Shown: in pieces, positions 59,143 through 64,000 of the stretch
Numbering within the stretch: position 1 is the stretch's first letter
Layout: each line of letters begins with the position of its first letter
IMG/VR virus record: IMGVR_UViG_3300010885_055091
Location: 62,001 to 126,000 of that record
Strand: one strand, 5' to 3'
Source of the DNA: an uncultured virus (IMG/VR IMGVR_UViG_3300010885_055091)
Lineage: Duplodnaviria > Heunggongvirae > Uroviricota > Caudoviricetes
DNA length: 64,000 nucleotides
Notes under the pieces: model-generated
Told to the model about the DNA's origin: nothing
Database searches by the model: none
The model's input: the letters and a program-made list of their open reading frames with translations, nothing else
Translations under genes and position numbers: made by a program

Positions 59143-59787
59143 TTATATTAACTCCGAATTATTGACTATTTTAAAGGTTCCTAAGGATTTGGCTTCAGAT
59201 ACGGATTTTTGAAGATCATTCTTGTCCATATCTTTTGAATCTAAGTAGAACACTTCGACTTCATCATCCATTAAATGGATTTCTTCCCTTTGAGCAGAGA
59301 AATATAAATATTTAAATATTACCCTTAAAGGTGTTTCCTTTGGAAGTGGATATCCCGTCCTCAACTGATAAGAAATTTTGAAGCGTTCAACCGTCTTATC
59401 TACTTCAGGTACTAATGCAATGAAATACTTCAATCCTTCTCTTCGAAAATGGATTTTAAACCATTGCTCCGGTTTATCCTCAGACCAGAATTTCAAATGC
59501 TCCACCATCTCCCGGGATTTCTCCAAAACGAATACCGGGCTTAATTTTCCATTCCGTACAATCCAAGCGCATCCCGCGATTTCGCCGTTCGGACATGAAT
59601 CGATAGATTTTTCGATGGCTTTTTCGATGGATTCTGTCTGCGTATTCAAATCCTGGGGCCACAGGAGCGGTACGTAGGATACAATTACAAAGGATTTCAG
59701 ACTGTCGGTATCTTGCCTTGCGATGATTTCCATACTCTTTCCTGAATGAAAGACTCCGAGTTTACCGAAATTTTCTTTTAAAAACAT
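59143..59787 (-). CDS. Hypothetical protein
   Basis: About 214-aa ORF; start uncertain. Confidence 0.6.
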   Translation of the reverse strand: MFLKENFGKLGVFHSGKSMEIIARQDTDSLKSFVIVSYVPLLWPQDLNTQTESIEKAIEKSIDSCPNGEIAGCAWIVRNGKLSPVFVLEKSREMVEHLKFWSEDKPEQWFKIHFRREGLKYFIALVPEVDKTVERFKISYQLRTGYPLPKETPLRVIFKYLYFSAQREEIHLMDDEVEVFYLDSKDMDKNDLQKSVSEAKSLGTFKIVNNSELI

Positions 59788-59890
59788 ATAAATTACATCC
59801 CCAAAACGCACGCGGTTTTGCGCTTTACGATAGAAAATTACTTATTTCGCAGATTCTATTTAAAAACCACCCACCATTGGTAATTATAAA

Positions 59891-61516
59891 ATGAGCATAA
59901 CAGAATCAATCGAAAAAATTTTCCACAGTTCTAGAATTGAAGACCTTCCTGAGGATTTTTCAGAAATTCCGGCGGTTCTTTTTTTTAAGGAATATATTAA
60001 GAAGGCTAGGTCAAAAAGAAAGAAGGCGAGGAGTAATCCAAAAATTACCATCCACGGAGTCTCAGACGTGGAATCGTCACAAGCCTTCATAGATAAACTT
60101 GATGAGGCGTACCCGGATCTCACCGGAAAACAATTTAATGAAATTTGGGAGACTCTCCGCTTCTCTCTTGACTACGGCGTCATGGGCGGGGATCCGTGGC
60201 AACCAAAAATTCTCCCTAACGGGGGAGTTCTCATTCGAAATCATCACCGGGTAGTTTCTATTTCTGAAAGACCTATTTTTAGTACCCGGATAGAAATAGA
60301 TAAATTTCACCGAGAGCTCACCGAATTACAAGAATTGATGAGTTCTAAATTCGACGTAGAACAAAAACAAGAATATTTTTTATTCAGTGTCCTTCACCGC
60401 ACTGAAAACGGGATTACGTGGACAAAAAGCATCCCAGAATCGCTTTCCCCCATCGGCAACACTTTAGTTTTCATTCCAGCTTCTTGGATTAATACCGTCC
60501 GGAACGAGGGATTGGAATCTAAATTTCCTACTATTGCCCAACACGGATTTAAGAAAACTGTTGACCAGTCCAGTTCCGGCCTTTGTGTAATTCGCACTTT
60601 TTCCCAACAAATTTTTGGGTATTGGACATTCCGAGCCAGCGACGAATTCGACGTTATTCTGGAAGAATTTTCCACAACTGTTGATTGGGGAGTTACAGAT
60701 CCAGATTTAATTACGAACCCGGACATTAACCAACAAGACAATTCCTCCGAAGTCAGGTGCCGGGTTCGGGATATGTCTCAACAAATAAATACTAAGGGTT
60801 TATCAACACTCTTATCTCTACTAGTCAACAATGCCTTCGCCGACGATTACGTAAAAGAAAAATGTCATGAGATTCAAAATTTTCCCCCAATATTTGGCGA
60901 AAAATATGACGTACCTCCTTATTATTGGGTGAATAATAAGGAGTACTTATACAATTATTCGAAATCTAAAGACGGAAAAATTTTCGTCTTCAAGGTGCAT
61001 AATTTTCCCGTAAAGAGTTTTAAACAGTTCGAAAAGAAAATGATCGAACAAATTAAGTTAATTATCCCGTCCGGTCAAGAGGGCTCCTTTGCGGTTTATT
61101 TTCCCTCAGTAGATGAAGAACCATTTGACGGCGAAAATTTCGGCATCAAACTTCACTCCGATGAGTTAAAGTTAACTCTTCGAAATATTTGCAAAAGAGA
61201 AAAGAAGATATTCAAGAGTAATTGGGCGAATCCGGCTTCAACACCGGAAGAACTCGCTCAAAGAGAAGAAGATCACATGGATGATGTTTCTCCTTGGTAT
61301 ATCATATTTGAAACCGATTCTATTCCGGATCCCACTCAGGTGCATAAGCAAGCTCTTCTTGCTTCTTCGATTCTTGATGATAGTTTGACTGCCATCATCC
61401 CGGCGTTAGGGTTTCATCAGGGGTATTGCTGCGGACTTGAAGACTCGGGCAACGGTGGCATCTTCATTCCAGAAAACTTTTCAGATGAAGACGAAGAAGA
61501 ATCGGACGATGAATGA
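59891..61516 (+). CDS. Large hypothetical protein with acidic tail
   Basis: 541-aa ORF; no motif recognised. Confidence 0.75.
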   Translation: MSITESIEKIFHSSRIEDLPEDFSEIPAVLFFKEYIKKARSKRKKARSNPKITIHGVSDVESSQAFIDKLDEAYPDLTGKQFNEIWETLRFSLDYGVMGGDPWQPKILPNGGVLIRNHHRVVSISERPIFSTRIEIDKFHRELTELQELMSSKFDVEQKQEYFLFSVLHRTENGITWTKSIPESLSPIGNTLVFIPASWINTVRNEGLESKFPTIAQHGFKKTVDQSSSGLCVIRTFSQQIFGYWTFRASDEFDVILEEFSTTVDWGVTDPDLITNPDINQQDNSSEVRCRVRDMSQQINTKGLSTLLSLLVNNAFADDYVKEKCHEIQNFPPIFGEKYDVPPYYWVNNKEYLYNYSKSKDGKIFVFKVHNFPVKSFKQFEKKMIEQIKLIIPSGQEGSFAVYFPSVDEEPFDGENFGIKLHSDELKLTLRNICKREKKIFKSNWANPASTPEELAQREEDHMDDVSPWYIIFETDSIPDPTQVHKQALLASSILDDSLTAIIPALGFHQGYCCGLEDSGNGGIFIPENFSDEDEEESDDE

Positions 61517-61533
61517 CTGAAATGTAAACATAA

Positions 61534-61580
61534 ATACAAATGAGCCCGAGGCCAGTTTTGGCTCTCGGGCTCATTTGTAT
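61534..61580. terminator. Hairpin between convergent genes (likely bidirectional terminator)
   Basis: atacaaatgagcccgag / ctcgggctcatttgtat arms. Confidence 0.75.
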
Positions 61581-61590
61581 GCTAGTTATT

Positions 61591-62220
61591 TTACTTTTTA
61601 GAAATCCATTTCAACAGTCCGTTTGTTCTCTTGTCAAAATTTGTGGCTGGACATTTAATGGTGTCTTGGTGACCCATCGCTATATCGAGTGTTTTCGCGA
61701 TCATACAACGCTTCTTGCCAGGGGAAATACTGTCTTTCAAGCATTTTCCCGACATATAACTTCCCATGAAATTCGCCGTGTCGGAACTGCATGAAGTCTT
61801 CCAATAATGAAGGACATCATATGCCGCTTGCACATTTTGCCCCGGATCTCTTAATGATTCTAAGGTGACGCCTTCCCAAAAATCTTCATTGATTCGGTTC
61901 AGTACCCACGGGATTCCTTTATTAAGTTGCATGGGGCCAAAAGCATTGCACTTTTTTTCCTTGCTCATCCCGTTAAAAAAACAATCTCCGTCAGGAGAAT
62001 CTGGTCGATGTCTGGATTCTTCATATCCGATGGTAGCCAGTAAAATGGGGTCGATATCTGGAGAGACTATCTTGCCCTCTCGTCCGACTTCCAAGTAATG
62101 TTCTGCCATCTCCCGAGCACCATTCAAATACTTGGCGTTTCGAGCAGACCCGTCTTCAATGTTAGGATACTCATATGCCACCATCTTCAAAATGACAGCA
62201 AGAAATACTTTGAAATCCAT
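61591..62220 (-). CDS. Lytic transglycosylase/lysozyme-like protein with hydrophobic N-terminus
   Basis: ATIGYEES (catalytic Glu), AFGPMQL, NVQAA..VL, Y.SG; GAGGA upstream. Confidence 0.7.
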   Translation of the reverse strand: MDFKVFLAVILKMVAYEYPNIEDGSARNAKYLNGAREMAEHYLEVGREGKIVSPDIDPILLATIGYEESRHRPDSPDGDCFFNGMSKEKKCNAFGPMQLNKGIPWVLNRINEDFWEGVTLESLRDPGQNVQAAYDVLHYWKTSCSSDTANFMGSYMSGKCLKDSISPGKKRCMIAKTLDIAMGHQDTIKCPATNFDKRTNGLLKWISKK

Positions 62221-62249
62221 AGTTCCTCTTAGTAGTTAGGTTGTTTTAT

Positions 62250-62732
62250 TTATTGTTTATGTAAACGAGCCATTACATTAATGAATGGTTCATAATCTAA
62301 GTATAGACTGTGTTGTATCTGTCTAGTTATTTTGTTGCAATCCTGGGTTCCCACGTAGTGAAATCTTTCGTCATTTTCGTTTCCCTTAAACAGAGTCCAT
62401 ACTCCTATTATATTTGAAATTGGATCTATATACTCGAGTTTCATCCGGAAAATTCCAGGGAACTTGCTACGAATAGCCTGCACAATCTTCAGACTCGGTC
62501 GTGAAGATTCATAATTTCCTATTACCCTTTGATACATCTTATTATTTATTTTTACATTTTCTCTGTCGATGTCGATTGGACCTGGGTCCTTCTCCACATC
62601 CCAATTCATGTATGTATCATGTCCAATAGTTTCCGGGAATAAATGGGGTAACATAAACTGCGACCTATCAATCGCATCAATATCAGGTTCAGACCCGATA
62701 AAGATAAACCTATTGTAGCACCATCCAGACAT
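62250..62732 (-). CDS. YubB/DUF1281-like ferredoxin-fold protein
   Basis: M.GWCYN...I.G N-terminus. Confidence 0.4.
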   Translation of the reverse strand: MSGWCYNRFIFIGSEPDIDAIDRSQFMLPHLFPETIGHDTYMNWDVEKDPGPIDIDRENVKINNKMYQRVIGNYESSRPSLKIVQAIRSKFPGIFRMKLEYIDPISNIIGVWTLFKGNENDERFHYVGTQDCNKITRQIQHSLYLDYEPFINVMARLHKQ

Positions 62733-62776
62733 TTCTATATTGCACCGGTTAATTTTTTAATTTTCCTAAACCTCGA

Positions 62777-62813
62777 TTTTTGCTGACTTGAATCGGATCA
62801 AATCAGCAGAAAA
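62777..62813. terminator. Terminator-like hairpin
   Basis: ttttgctga...tcagcagaaaa. Confidence 0.55.
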
Positions 62814-62884
62814 TATTTGTACCTCCGTAGTGCGCTCTGTGTGGACCGTCACGGAGCTTGTGCCCTGGCATTACCTTGGGTCGG

Positions 62885-63190
62885 TCAGCTAATTCCCAAG
62901 CGGTCGGCTTCGGCTTGGGTCAAGCCCATCGAGACCATAACGAGCGACGCTTCCAACTCCCCCCGGACTGACCCGAATGCATTGAGAATGATCCGCGAAC
63001 GGACGGACTGATGAAGGTCGTCGAACTTGGACCAAATGACGAACAAGTGCGTACAACGCGGCCTCACTCGCCTAATCAATATAATGGGCTCTGGGTTGTC
63101 GGTGGGTTCTCGAAGCTCGGCTTCGAGAACCATTTGGAGTTCTGGCTCCTCGGGTAGGGGGGTATATATCAGGTGGTCTCGGACTGGCAT
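62885..63190 (-). CDS. GC-rich hypothetical protein, probably host-derived
   Basis: HLFVIWSKF..L....RSRII.NAF; GGAG RBS; 36/60 GC in 62941-63000. Confidence 0.6.
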   Translation of the reverse strand: MPVRDHLIYTPLPEEPELQMVLEAELREPTDNPEPIILIRRVRPRCTHLFVIWSKFDDLHQSVRSRIILNAFGSVRGELEASLVMVSMGLTQAEADRLGIS

Positions 63191-63289
63191 TTTTATGTCT
63201 CCGGTTGTGGTGGCATCATCAAAAGCGGTATGCCATTGAAGTTTTCTACTTACATGTCTGCATGGACATGATTTTAAAAAAATACATTC

Positions 63290-63715
63290 CTAATGCAATT
63301 TGACTACTTCTACTGGTGTTCCCCATATATCTCTTCCTGTGTCTCCGCTTATAACAAGGCAGTCAAACCCTAACTTTTTAAGCTCAGGCAGAGACTCTTC
63401 TATTACTAAAGCTATATCACCCATCACTTCTAGCGGTTTACTCAGCGATTCTATGAATTCCAGATGATTTGGATTATCTAAATCCAGGAACGCAATTTTC
63501 GAACAATTGGGGAGTTTATGTTCCTCAGGAACTCCATAAAATTCTGCGCCTTCAAAATCTGTGTGATAGTAAGTCCCACTTAAAAGAGACGACGAGCTAC
63601 CGCTCCTCCATAGCTTCCCGTCCCACTCCTGGTCATAAGCTTTATAAGCTTTTTCTATTAATTGTCTTAAATTAGAAAAAGAAAAATTTGTTGGAATACT
63701 TAATTTATTTAGCAC
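63290..63715 (-). CDS. Possible ADP-ribosyltransferase-fold protein
   Basis: LWRSG, GTYYHTD..GAEFYG, GFDCLVI...EVV. Confidence 0.4.
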   Translation of the reverse strand: MLNKLSIPTNFSFSNLRQLIEKAYKAYDQEWDGKLWRSGSSSSLLSGTYYHTDFEGAEFYGVPEEHKLPNCSKIAFLDLDNPNHLEFIESLSKPLEVMGDIALVIEESLPELKKLGFDCLVISGDTGRDIWGTPVEVVKLH

Positions 63716-63775
63716 AATTTAACTCAAAATTACATGTAATTGTACCATTCATAGTATGAACCCCGAGGCTTCGCT

Positions 63776-64000
63776 TCATGGCGCCTCGAGCGCGCGATCG
63801 ATCACGGCGTCGCTCCACCTGAGCACGTGCTCGGGGTCGAAACAGGCCGCCAGGGCTGCGGGTGTGAGAACCCGCACGACGTCGGGATCGGCCGCTAACA
63901 GCGTTTGAAACTCGCCATGCCCTTCGAACGAACGCATTGCCGAGCGTTGCACGACGACGTAGGCGTCCTGGCGCGCCATGCCCCTGCGGACGAGCTCGAG
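63776..64000 (-). CDS. purB: Adenylosuccinate lyase C-terminal fragment (bacterial, GC-rich; 5' part outside the window)
   Basis: LVRRGMARQDAYVVVQR.AM...F..LL..DP.V...L....L..CFD; 149/220 GC in 63781-64000. Confidence 0.85.
   Translation of the reverse strand, partial: LELVRRGMARQDAYVVVQRSAMRSFEGHGEFQTLLAADPDVVRVLTPAALAACFDPEHVLRWSDAVIDRALEAP

Noticed and set aside
705..62098. Numerous short antisense ORFs nested in long genes
   Set aside because: Shadows of well-supported genes on the opposite strand.
1..64000. Stop-codon reassignment
   Set aside because: Conserved genes are uninterrupted in code 11 and end in TAA, TAG and TGA.

Overview
AT-rich (roughly 35% GC by eye), densely coding segment of a large, jumbo-type tailed dsDNA phage read in genetic code 11. 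It carries a replication/recombination set (family-A DNA polymerase, DnaB, degenerate DnaC-like protein, stand-alone primase Zn domain, minimal ATP ligase, SSB, RecA, RuvB, RuvC-like, RuvA-domain-III protein, half Rad50, SNF2 helicase), nucleotide enzymes (dcd, tdk, MazG-like, HD, degenerate ThyX), two sigma factors, IF-1, tRNA-Ser(GGA), Dam, three J-domain proteins, tail/receptor-binding proteins, endonucleases and a lytic transglycosylase. A low-coding stretch at 56.6-59.1 kb holds iteron-like arrays. The last ~240 bp switch abruptly to ~68% GC bacterial purB DNA. Strongest leads: (1) a G-TAnnnT-N5-ATG signature before many genes, suggesting leaderless expression; (2) a shared N-terminal [KR]IA helix on otherwise unrelated proteins, a candidate capsid-addressing tag; (3) an A9-dependent fusion to a pentapeptide-repeat domain; (4) the phage/host junction, which cuts a phage gene start; (5) several split or degenerate replication/recombination enzymes. 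All functional calls come from motif reading only; no searches were run.
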